Source: an uncultured Oscillospiraceae bacterium (lineage in GTDB: Bacteria; Bacillota; Clostridia; Oscillospirales; Ruminococcaceae). From it: DNA of 64,000 nucleotides. Under the pieces are notes generated by a model. The model made no database searches. It worked only from the letters and a program-made list of their open reading frames with translations, and had not been told where the DNA came from. Shown piece after piece: positions 44,895-53,887 of this stretch; within the stretch, counting starts at the first letter, position 1, and each line of letters opens with the position of its first letter. Both the position numbers and the translations under genes were made by a program. The stretch is from contig CAJTZM010000009.1 in the NCBI GenBank assembly GCA_910583935.1, positions 27,967 to 91,966 on the forward strand, written 5' to 3'.

Positions 44895-46052
44895 GGTTCG
44901 CTGATGATATTTATTTTCTGCTTGTCGCAAGGGTACGAATTGAACACGTACCCTTTCTTGCTTGCCGCCAGGGGTGTCAGTTGAAATGACACCCTTTTCG
45001 TCGTCGTTCAGCCGGGCTATTGCTTGTGCGCTTTCGGAATTTTAAATTCCGAAAAAGACGAGCTACCCCAGTACATCGGAAACATTGGGATTCCCTTCAT
45101 TTGAGGTTGCATCCGTTAAACAGATAGAACCCTTTTCGTCATTTCGGTTCTGTCCCCCTGACACGATTTTAATTCGGGTCAGCTCGTCATCATCCAAACG
45201 GGACGTTGCTTGTGCAGCCCTAGATTTAATCTAGACCTGATTTGTTGACAATGGTTTTGTTAGGATTTCCCGGAATACCGTCGGTTAAAACTACGGTATT
45301 CTTTTCATCATTGTCCAGTCTTGAAGCAGCGTCCCGGCTGTTCTGAATTTCCAAAGCCCTGCACACATCTTGGGTTTCCTGTATTAAACGCAGGATATTC
45401 TTGTCCGTTTTCAATGGTCGTGATTTCCGACCTTTGGAGAATCCGTTGACCCTCAGTTCAGGGGTTGCCAGGAATGACCCTCAGTTTAACCGAGGGTCAT
45501 TTTCTCGTCATCCAAACGGACCGTTTCCCGTGTAACCATAGATTAAATCTAGACTTGATTCGTTAACGATACTCGTCTCCTGCTCTCTGCCCAGCTTGTC
45601 GGTGATACGGCGTTTCACTGCCCCACGGCAATGTTGCTTGATGGCATTGGTGGTGTCCTTGTACCCCGGCGCCGCCCCGCACCAGAGAATATAGGCCCGG
45701 TTCGTTGACACACCAAGTATCTCCCCCGGACAACCCTAAGCTGAATTTATACTTCTCATCGTCGTCTAATCGTTCAAGCGCCATTGCGGTATTAGTATGG
45801 TCCAGCGCCTTGCACACATCCGCCGCCACAAACCAGGGCTCGCCGTTTTGTTCAATTACCCGGATTTCTCCAAATAGCCCCGATATCTTGATGCTTTGGA
45901 AGATATCCGCCTCTGAGGCCCACCGGCTGGGTTATGGTCAAAAATGTCCATGACTGAAAAGTCCTGATTTTCTGGGATGAAACCGTCATACCCACAAGTG
46001 GGTACGCCCAGCTCTTCGAGCTAAATTTTCCGTGCCAACTTGCTGGCACGCT
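44895..46052. repeat. direct repeat, copy 1 (1,158 bp, 100% identical to 51605-52762)
   Basis: Line-by-line comparison, and five identical ORF translations in the track at a constant offset of 6,710 bp. The flanks (44881-44894, 46053-46130) still align but are diverged. Confidence 0.9.
45563..45919 (-). pseudogene. Bro-N (phage antirepressor N-terminal) domain, no start codon and frameshifted after the GLY motif
   Basis: ADIFQSIKISGLFGEIRVIEQNGEPWFVAADVCKALDHTNTAMALERLDDDEKYKFSLGLSGGDTWCVNEPGLYSLV matches the Bro-N pattern. In-frame stops lie just upstream, and the frame decays after LYSLV. Confidence 0.65.
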
Positions 46053-46233
46053 CCCAATTCGAAAAGATATTTTCTGGGATAAAGTCGTCTTTCCCCAGCT
46101 TATTGGGGAAACCAAGTTCATCATTTAGTGACTATTGTCAACGCTTTTATTTCATTTTTTTATTTATTTTTTCATATATTATTGACTTAAAACATTTTAT
46201 AGTGTATAATAGAATTGTAAAGGAGGTGTGACA

Positions 46234-46452
46234 ATGCCTTTAAGCATGGGCGAAAAAATCAAGGTTGTATTAAAACGCCGCGGCATGACGCTAGGCGATC
46301 TCGCTGATAAAACCAGCCAGTCAAGACAAAATCTTTCAAATAAGATAAGCCGCGACAATTTCACTGAAAAAGACTTGCAAGCAATCGCAGTTGCGCTGGA
46401 TTGTACCTATACCGCTTCGTTTACTATGAATGATACGGGCGAGGTAATCTAA
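46234..46452 (+). CDS. XRE-family HTH protein (candidate antitoxin)
   Basis: MPLSMGEKIKVVLKRRGMTLGDLADKTSQSRQNLSNKISRDNFTEKDLQAIAVAL. ATG at 46234 follows AAAGGAGGTG. It lies 37 nt upstream of the zeta-like gene. Confidence 0.8.
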   Translation: MPLSMGEKIKVVLKRRGMTLGDLADKTSQSRQNLSNKISRDNFTEKDLQAIAVALDCTYTASFTMNDTGEVI

Positions 46453-46489
46453 TAATAAAAGTGAAATTTTCAGCGGGGGGAAAGCACAG

Positions 46490-47053
46490 ATGAAAATATA
46501 TAACATCATCGGCGGCGTAAATGGAGCGGGCAAGTCCAGCTTGACCGGTTCTTTGAAATATCAGCGATCCGACTTGGGAACCATCATTGACGTAGATAAG
46601 ATCACGGCGCAGCTGGGCGGCGATCCTCTGAAAGGCGGCAAAGCTGCCGTTGCCAAAATTCAAGACTGCATGGAAAAAGGGGTCAGCTTTACGCAGGAAA
46701 CAACGCTTGCCGGGTACCGCACCGAACGCACCGCCAAAGAAGCAAAAGAATCCGGATACTATATCCGCCTTTTTTATGTTGGGCTGGACACCGTTCGGGA
46801 AAGCCTGAAACGCATTCAAAACCGTGTGGAAAAGGGCGGGCATGATATTCCCCCGGATGATGTAAAGCGCCGTTTTTCGGGCCGTTTTGAGGCGCTGGCG
46901 AAGGTGCTGCCCTATTGTGATGAAGCAATCTTTTTTGACAATGACAACGGATTTCGGGAGGTAGGCGAATACCGAAACGGCGAACTTGTTCCATTTGGTG
47001 ATAGTCCGCGCTGGTTCTGCCAGCTTGCCGAATATCTCAGGGAAAACGTCTAA
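46490..47053 (+). CDS. zeta-toxin/COG4185-type P-loop kinase-like protein
   Basis: MKIYNIIGGVNGAGKSSL (Walker A), FTQETTLAG, VEKGGHDIPPDDVKRRF. 187 aa. Confidence 0.8.
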   Translation: MKIYNIIGGVNGAGKSSLTGSLKYQRSDLGTIIDVDKITAQLGGDPLKGGKAAVAKIQDCMEKGVSFTQETTLAGYRTERTAKEAKESGYYIRLFYVGLDTVRESLKRIQNRVEKGGHDIPPDDVKRRFSGRFEALAKVLPYCDEAIFFDNDNGFREVGEYRNGELVPFGDSPRWFCQLAEYLRENV

Positions 47054-47084
47054 ACCATTGCCATTTGCATAACATGTAACACAC

Positions 47085-47116
47085 AAAAAAGCCGGGGGGT
47101 TATCCTCCGGCTTTTC
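47085..47116. terminator. bidirectional terminator-like hairpin
   Basis: AAAAAA-GCCGGGGG-gttat-CCTCCGGC-TTTTCC. Confidence 0.55.
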
Positions 47117-47510
47117 CTATTCGCCAAAAAGACGTTTTGTGTGAAAGTATACCCCCAGCTCGTCCAGCCTGTAAAGAATCGCCGCATACCCGTCAAATTT
47201 GGCCCGTACGGCGTTTTCCTTGTTTTCGCATAACTTTTCCCGTCGAAATGCAGTCGCGCTATTTCGGGCCAAAATCAAGGCAGCTAGAGATGGCACATAA
47301 TCCGCTGATTTGGTGCGGGAGGCCCCTCCAAAATTGGAGAGTTGAAAAATTGGACTCCTCAAAATTTAGGGGTCGGAGTTCTGGGCCGTGTTCGGCTTCG
47401 TGCATTGACGTAAGTAATACCGCCAAAATTGGCGATATTCAATCTCCTTAAAATTAAGGAGATTGAATTCTTCGTTACCCCCAAGCCCCCGAATATCTCT
47501 CAGGACATTA

Positions 47511-48119
47511 TCAGAGCTTTATTTTCAACATATCTTTTATCTGTCGCTTTTGGTGCTGATCCCGATACTTTGCAAACCGTCGCAGATATCGCTCATATGT
47601 GGTCTGGTGCATATATCGGGGCCGCTCTGGAATCCATGCGCAAAAGCTGAACCCGTCCGGCCTAAGCTCGGGCCATGTGTCCAAGTGCTTTTCCACCAGG
47701 GCCATGCCCTTGTCATAGTAATACATACAATCGCTTTTGGTTTCCTGCTGGCCCCGATAGTTCAGCCGGGCGCACTTGCGGCACAAGAATATGGCCCCAG
47801 TGAAGTACAGATAGCGCACCCTTGCACCACAGGCCGGACAGAGGAAAAAGGCTTGGCTGCTGCCGAATCCATTGACTTTACGGGATAGTTCCACAGTTTG
47901 GCTCCATTGTCCGCTCCACATCTCCACAAATTCCCGCTGTGTGCCTGGCGTCGGTTCAAACTTCGTGTAGTGGTCACAATCGACCGCAACCATCTTTCCG
48001 TCGCATTTGGCGAAAAAAACCTGTTCCGCACTTGCTGCCTCGAAACTGTCAATCCTGGGCGTTGTTTCGACTGTCCCGTGGCTCTTGTTCCATCCGCCGT
48101 TATTTCTCCATGTGGACAT
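47511..48119 (-). CDS. hypothetical zinc-ribbon protein
   Basis: 202 aa. CPACGARVRYLYFTGAIFLCRKCARLNY forms a CxxC...CxxC ribbon. Basic C-terminus. Confidence 0.6.
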   Translation of the reverse strand: MSTWRNNGGWNKSHGTVETTPRIDSFEAASAEQVFFAKCDGKMVAVDCDHYTKFEPTPGTQREFVEMWSGQWSQTVELSRKVNGFGSSQAFFLCPACGARVRYLYFTGAIFLCRKCARLNYRGQQETKSDCMYYYDKGMALVEKHLDTWPELRPDGFSFCAWIPERPRYMHQTTYERYLRRFAKYRDQHQKRQIKDMLKIKL

Positions 48120-48180
48120 GAAGCACCTTCTTTTTTTATGCCTTAATACTATGAGAATTTAAGCATTTTTCAACCTGCCT

Positions 48181-48591
48181 TTAATCCAAATCGGGCGGGT
48201 CAGCATACTCTTTCAAGATTTCCGCCCGGTCTTCCATGATCTTTTTGAAAATATAAGTGCAAAGCTTCAAATGCTCTACGCTGTTAGGTCTTCTGCCGGA
48301 AAAAATCTCGTTGTATTCCTCTACTCCCAACGTACCGTGGATAAAACCCTGACACTCGGTCAAAAGCTCCCGGTTTTTCGCGAAAAATGCTTCGCTTGCC
48401 TCTTTTGCCTTTTTGGGGTTCCCGATCTTGCTTATCATTTGTTTTTGCAGTTTTTTGAATTCTTCTCCAATCTCCAGAATCCGGGGAAAGTGCTTCGATA
48501 CCCCCTCGATTAGGTTAACATCTGTCGAATCGCAGATATATTTCTTGCCCTCAATTTCAATGGTTTTCTTCTCATCAAAGGTAAATTCCAT
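48181..48591 (-). CDS. hypothetical protein
   Basis: 136-aa acidic helical ORF immediately downstream of the tape-measure gene. Confidence 0.6.
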   Translation of the reverse strand: MEFTFDEKKTIEIEGKKYICDSTDVNLIEGVSKHFPRILEIGEEFKKLQKQMISKIGNPKKAKEASEAFFAKNRELLTECQGFIHGTLGVEEYNEIFSGRRPNSVEHLKLCTYIFKKIMEDRAEILKEYADPPDLD

Positions 48592-48658
48592 GTCCTTTCA
48601 TCCTTTCAAAAATTCTTTTGTTTCCGTCTTACAACAAACTGACAGACTATCAGGAATA

Positions 48659-50575
48659 TCACTTGGCCCTTTCCATCTGTCTGCGGGTGGTGTACCACTT
48701 CACAACCTCATCCATCTGTCTAATGCCGTTAACTGATATGTTGATGGTCTGGTTATACACTTGGCCAGTTCCCCGGCTGGCCACCATCCCCATTGCCATT
48801 GACTGGCTGGCGGTCAGTATCTTTTCTCCGCCGCTTAAATACATTAGCTCCGGTCCCTTTTCACCGACCCAGCTCCAGCCGCGCTGCGCTGATTCTGTCC
48901 CCTTCGCGTGCCATGAAATGTTAGAATAAGCAGCTTTTCGGGCAATCGAATTCGGACTTAATTTGTCCATCTGGGGAATTTCGGGCATTTTAAAATTATT
49001 CATTGCTTTTCCCGCTTCTTCGGTTCCATCTTTAATCGCTAAGATAAGATACAACATAAAAGACAGCACCGCAACCGCAACGCCAATCAACACAATCCAC
49101 TGAAAGACCGTGTTATATGATCCGTCGAGGGCTTTTGTAAAGGTTTTAATTCCTCCGGCCAGCCCTTTTACAGTATCCCCCGCGTCTCCGAAAGCACTGT
49201 CCATCTTACTTGCAATGGTTATAACACCGCCTAAAATCAGCATAAACATCTGCATCTCCGGCGGCATTTGAGAAACTACGGAAAAAATCTGCAAAATCCC
49301 GTCCAGTAAAAACAAAACCACATCCGCCAGCGCTTTGATCGTATCCTTGTTTTCCGAAAGAATCTTTGTAAATTCCTGCATCAGCTCGGTTTGCAAGGGC
49401 TGCAATATGGTGGAAAGAGATACAAGCGCCTGATTGTATGCCTGCTGCGCCCGTGAAGCTTCCTCCAGATCAGGGTTATTTCTTACAAAATTCTGGAAGT
49501 ATTCCGCTAGCCCGGTGTCGTTTAATTCCTCCAGGATCATCTCTAAACGGTCGCTTTCGTCTCCCGTCTGTTGAAGCCTTTTTGTAAAATCTTCCACATT
49601 CACACCGTACCGGTGCAGAAGTTCCGCAAACTGGCCCACTGCTTCGCCTGTGGCCGCTGTCTCCTGTAAGCTTTCGGCAATGTTTTCAATCTGCATGGTT
49701 CCCGGCAAGGAGACAACCGCCCCGCCTAAAGCGTCCACCGCTTCCGCCAGCTGATTTTCGTCCACTCCGGCTAGCATCAAGTTTGAAAGGGCTTCCAGCT
49801 GGCTGTCTGTATCCTCAGTAACGATGCCTAAACGCACCATTGCTTCTTCTGTCGCAGCAGTACTAATGCCCGCTTGCTGGGCGTTTGCTTCCAGCATGGC
49901 CATTTGTTTTCTTAAATCCTTTGTTTTGTCCAGCAAATCCCCAATGGCAGAAATCGCTTTTTCGATGCCTTTAGCCACAAGGTTTCCCAACGCCACTTGA
50001 AAAGAACCAATATTTTTTCCGGCCTTTCCCTGGCTGTTGGAAAGTTTGTCCGTTTTATCCGCTGCATCGCTGGCCGCGGTGCCATATTCCTTCGTCGTCA
50101 GCGTCGCCTTTTTCTTAGCGTCTTTTGCTTTATTGATCGCAGCGGCCAGCTCGTCGCCTTTTTTCGCGTTGATCGAAAGGGAAGCGTCCAGCTTGTCCAA
50201 AGCCTCTTTCAAAGCGTTTGCAGCTTTGCTGTCCTTCCCAAAGGTCCGGCTTGCCTCTTCAAAATCTTTCGCCGTATCCTTTCGCATTTCACCCAAATCT
50301 TTTATTCTCTGATTGAGGATACGCAAATCTTTTTCAGCTTTGTCGATTCCGTCAATATGTACCACAAACCCATTAAATTCTTTGTTTTTTGCGGTTACTA
50401 CTTCGTCTATCGTATCTAAAAAATTTTTTGCTGCACCATCCACAGAATCCATATTCTTTTGGGTATTTTGTGTAAACCGCTCAACGCTTTTATTGGCGTT
50501 GTCGATCTCCTTTGAAAGATCGTCTGTATTGATGGAAAAATCTAAAGTTACCGATCCGTCTGCATTAGAAGCCAT
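48659..50575 (-). CDS. phage tail tape-measure protein
   Basis: 638 aa. Long coiled-coil N-terminal half, hydrophobic segments (FMLILGGVITIASK, IVLIGVAVAVLSFMLYLILAI), and a C-terminal GWSWVGEKGPELMYLSGGEKILTASQS typical of tape-measure proteins. Confidence 0.8.
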   Translation of the reverse strand: MASNADGSVTLDFSINTDDLSKEIDNANKSVERFTQNTQKNMDSVDGAAKNFLDTIDEVVTAKNKEFNGFVVHIDGIDKAEKDLRILNQRIKDLGEMRKDTAKDFEEASRTFGKDSKAANALKEALDKLDASLSINAKKGDELAAAINKAKDAKKKATLTTKEYGTAASDAADKTDKLSNSQGKAGKNIGSFQVALGNLVAKGIEKAISAIGDLLDKTKDLRKQMAMLEANAQQAGISTAATEEAMVRLGIVTEDTDSQLEALSNLMLAGVDENQLAEAVDALGGAVVSLPGTMQIENIAESLQETAATGEAVGQFAELLHRYGVNVEDFTKRLQQTGDESDRLEMILEELNDTGLAEYFQNFVRNNPDLEEASRAQQAYNQALVSLSTILQPLQTELMQEFTKILSENKDTIKALADVVLFLLDGILQIFSVVSQMPPEMQMFMLILGGVITIASKMDSAFGDAGDTVKGLAGGIKTFTKALDGSYNTVFQWIVLIGVAVAVLSFMLYLILAIKDGTEEAGKAMNNFKMPEIPQMDKLSPNSIARKAAYSNISWHAKGTESAQRGWSWVGEKGPELMYLSGGEKILTASQSMAMGMVASRGTGQVYNQTINISVNGIRQMDEVVKWYTTRRQMERAK

Positions 50576-50663
50576 AGGATAATCCCTCCTTTTTTCTGTT
50601 GCACTTTTTGGGCATTTTGGGCATTTTGGTTTACAGGGTCGGTATTGAACACCGCCCCTTTTT

Positions 50664-51437
50664 CTAGTTTTCCCGCTCCCTCCTCTCTACATCGTCCAGC
50701 TTTTCCACCATGATTTCTACCGAAGAACCGCCCGTCTGCCGGAAGTGAACCAATCCGCCCTTATATGCGCCACCGCTGATAATATCTTCCCGCCACGCTT
50801 TAAGGCGTTTCATGTTTTCCGGACGGCGTAACCCTTTAAGGCCGTTTATTTCCCACGTTCTTACTCGGTCGACGGTACATCCCCGCCGGGCGGCGATTTC
50901 TTTGAACGTCTCCCCGTTATAGAATCGGCCCCGAATGGTATCGGCCTCCGGCTCCTTTAGGGTAGAAAGACAGCTTTGCAGTGTATCGCGCAGCTGGACG
51001 GTATATGCCCGCTCTATGGCGTTTTCTATGGCCTGTTCCGCCTCCTTGTCGGGTATAGCGTCCGCAAGGGTGGTGGAAGTATCCTCTGTTCCGATGGGCA
51101 TTTCCAGGCTGGCGCAGCGGTTGAGCGGGTCGAAACTTTCCCGGCCTGTCCGGATATCCAACATACGCCCCCAGCGGTTGAGCGCCTGCCGTCTTAGATA
51201 GGTGGTGAATTTATACCCGGATTCCAGCTTAAATCCTTTCACCGCGTCCATCATGGCCAGATAGGCCGCCTGCTCCAAATCCTCCAGCTGCACCCCGGCC
51301 CGAATACAGGTGATCTTAGAGCGGGTATAATACCGCCTTGCCATTAACCGCGCCAGCTTTTCCACGTGTTCCCACAAAAGAGCGTCAAAACCAAAATCCC
51401 CTTTCTGTACCCTCACGGCCATTTCTTCATTGGTCAT
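50664..51437 (-). CDS. sigma-70-family RNA polymerase sigma factor (regions 2 and 4) with C-terminal extension
   Basis: Region 2-like EDLEQAAYLAMMDAVKGFKLESGYKFTTYLRRQALN. Region 4-like LKEPEADTIRGRFYNGETFKEIAARRGCTVDRVRTWEINGLKGLR. Confidence 0.75.
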   Translation of the reverse strand: MTNEEMAVRVQKGDFGFDALLWEHVEKLARLMARRYYTRSKITCIRAGVQLEDLEQAAYLAMMDAVKGFKLESGYKFTTYLRRQALNRWGRMLDIRTGRESFDPLNRCASLEMPIGTEDTSTTLADAIPDKEAEQAIENAIERAYTVQLRDTLQSCLSTLKEPEADTIRGRFYNGETFKEIAARRGCTVDRVRTWEINGLKGLRRPENMKRLKAWREDIISGGAYKGGLVHFRQTGGSSVEIMVEKLDDVERREREN

Positions 51438-51604
51438 TTGCAGCAGCCCCTTTTCTGTGATAGAATTAGCTTATTCCTTCCGGGCTGTTGCGCTAATCTG
51501 CAATGGCTCTTTTTTATGCAATTTTTCGGAGTTTCCGGCACTAACCATAGTTTCAAGCTAGGTTAGTAAAATTAACCCACCTGAAAACCACGGAGTAAAG
51601 GCCC

Positions 51605-52762
51605 GGTTCGCTGATGATATTTATTTTCTGCTTGTCGCAAGGGTACGAATTGAACACGTACCCTTTCTTGCTTGCCGCCAGGGGTGTCAGTTGAAATGAC
51701 ACCCTTTTCGTCGTCGTTCAGCCGGGCTATTGCTTGTGCGCTTTCGGAATTTTAAATTCCGAAAAAGACGAGCTACCCCAGTACATCGGAAACATTGGGA
51801 TTCCCTTCATTTGAGGTTGCATCCGTTAAACAGATAGAACCCTTTTCGTCATTTCGGTTCTGTCCCCCTGACACGATTTTAATTCGGGTCAGCTCGTCAT
51901 CATCCAAACGGGACGTTGCTTGTGCAGCCCTAGATTTAATCTAGACCTGATTTGTTGACAATGGTTTTGTTAGGATTTCCCGGAATACCGTCGGTTAAAA
52001 CTACGGTATTCTTTTCATCATTGTCCAGTCTTGAAGCAGCGTCCCGGCTGTTCTGAATTTCCAAAGCCCTGCACACATCTTGGGTTTCCTGTATTAAACG
52101 CAGGATATTCTTGTCCGTTTTCAATGGTCGTGATTTCCGACCTTTGGAGAATCCGTTGACCCTCAGTTCAGGGGTTGCCAGGAATGACCCTCAGTTTAAC
52201 CGAGGGTCATTTTCTCGTCATCCAAACGGACCGTTTCCCGTGTAACCATAGATTAAATCTAGACTTGATTCGTTAACGATACTCGTCTCCTGCTCTCTGC
52301 CCAGCTTGTCGGTGATACGGCGTTTCACTGCCCCACGGCAATGTTGCTTGATGGCATTGGTGGTGTCCTTGTACCCCGGCGCCGCCCCGCACCAGAGAAT
52401 ATAGGCCCGGTTCGTTGACACACCAAGTATCTCCCCCGGACAACCCTAAGCTGAATTTATACTTCTCATCGTCGTCTAATCGTTCAAGCGCCATTGCGGT
52501 ATTAGTATGGTCCAGCGCCTTGCACACATCCGCCGCCACAAACCAGGGCTCGCCGTTTTGTTCAATTACCCGGATTTCTCCAAATAGCCCCGATATCTTG
52601 ATGCTTTGGAAGATATCCGCCTCTGAGGCCCACCGGCTGGGTTATGGTCAAAAATGTCCATGACTGAAAAGTCCTGATTTTCTGGGATGAAACCGTCATA
52701 CCCACAAGTGGGTACGCCCAGCTCTTCGAGCTAAATTTTCCGTGCCAACTTGCTGGCACGCT
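51605..52762. repeat. direct repeat, copy 2 (identical to 44895-46052)
   Basis: See copy 1. Confidence 0.9.
52273..52629 (-). pseudogene. Bro-N domain pseudogene (copy 2, identical to 45563-45919)
   Basis: Identical sequence at offset 6,710. Confidence 0.65.
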
Positions 52763-52918
52763 TCCACTTCGAAAAGATATTTTCTGGGATAAAATTATCT
52801 TTCGCAACTTCCTGCGGAAAACCAAGTTCGTCCAACTGCGAAACCCTAATCTAACTTAGACCGTTCTTTTTTTCTGTGTGACTTTTTGTGTCACTTTTGG
52901 CCCGTTACTTTCTGCAAC

Positions 52919-53887
52919 CTACCTCGTACGCCAGCTTTTTCCCGCAAGAGAAAGCCCCACACACATTTCCATAAGCCTGTCAACAGCCGCCCTTGCTGTA
53001 ACGCTGTCGCCGGTGGCTCTGGGGGTCATTCTGTTTATCAGATCGTCAGCCGTATAATTCGTTGTAATGATGGTCGGCAAGTACGCTTCATATCGGGCAT
53101 TGATGATGTTATAAACCGTAGAAACCGCCCATTCTGTCGGAGGCTCCTTCCCCATATCGTCAATCACCAGCAGGGGAACCGTTTTATAAATACGCAGTAC
53201 TTCCCATTCATCCGATTCGCTTTCGTTAAACGTGTGCTTAATTCTCCCCAGCAGGTCAATCATGGTCATACAGATAACTGGTTTACCCTGAGATAACAGC
53301 CGGTTCGAGATTGCCGCCGCAAGGTGCGTTTTTCCCGTTCCCGGCGGACCGGAAATAAACAGGCCGTTTCTCCCCGGCTCCGGCTGGCCAGGTTTGGGGA
53401 TCAGGCTGTCAAAGTGATCCGCATATTTGCGGCAAGCTTCCAGCGTCCGCTTGTTTTCGTTTGTTTCGGCAAACGTGTCGAATGTCCGCCGTAAAAATCG
53501 TTCGCCCATACCGCTTTCGCCGATCACCCTTTTGACCTTTTCCCGAAGCTGGCGGTTTTGCTGCGCTTCCCGCTCTGCCTTTTCTTTTTCCTTTCGCCGC
53601 GCCTGCTCTGCTTCATGAGCGGTTATGGCATCCGGACAGGTGCAGGGGATTGTATTGGGTGTCCAGAATACCTGATCGCCATTGACAAACCCTTTGTAAT
53701 AAATGGGCGATCCGCAAAACTCGCATATCTTCGGCGCTGGGGTGCCGGGTATGTCCGCAAAATCGCGGGAGGATACAAGCTTTTGCGAATCATGTGAAGA
53801 CATCGGTTGCGGGCACAAAGCCTTTGATCCAGTCTTTTTCTGCGTATTCGGTATCAGACCGCTGATCATTCCGCTGATCTGCTGCAT
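52919..53887 (-). CDS. DnaC/IstB-like AAA+ helicase-loader protein with N-terminal Cys-rich segment
   Basis: Walker A GLFISGPPGTGKTHLAAAI, Walker B LLVIDDMG, TIITTNY. N-terminal CEFCG...CTCP. The start is uncertain; candidates are 53929, 53887 and 53803. Confidence 0.8.
   Translation of the reverse strand: MQQISGMISGLIPNTQKKTGSKALCPQPMSSHDSQKLVSSRDFADIPGTPAPKICEFCGSPIYYKGFVNGDQVFWTPNTIPCTCPDAITAHEAEQARRKEKEKAEREAQQNRQLREKVKRVIGESGMGERFLRRTFDTFAETNENKRTLEACRKYADHFDSLIPKPGQPEPGRNGLFISGPPGTGKTHLAAAISNRLLSQGKPVICMTMIDLLGRIKHTFNESESDEWEVLRIYKTVPLLVIDDMGKEPPTEWAVSTVYNIINARYEAYLPTIITTNYTADDLINRMTPRATGDSVTARAAVDRLMEMCVGLSLAGKSWRTR

Noticed and set aside
44895-46052. The 1.16-kb repeat as an IS element, CRISPR array or DGR template/variable repeat pair
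   Set aside because: It has no transposase ORF and no terminal inverted repeats. Its internal units are not equally spaced identical repeats with unique spacers. The two copies are 100% identical rather than differing at adenines, and no reverse transcriptase is in the window.
47117-47362. 81-aa minus-strand ORF after the zeta-toxin terminator
   Set aside because: It has only a TTG start without an RBS and no recognisable motif. It may be a gene remnant, so I did not annotate it as a CDS.
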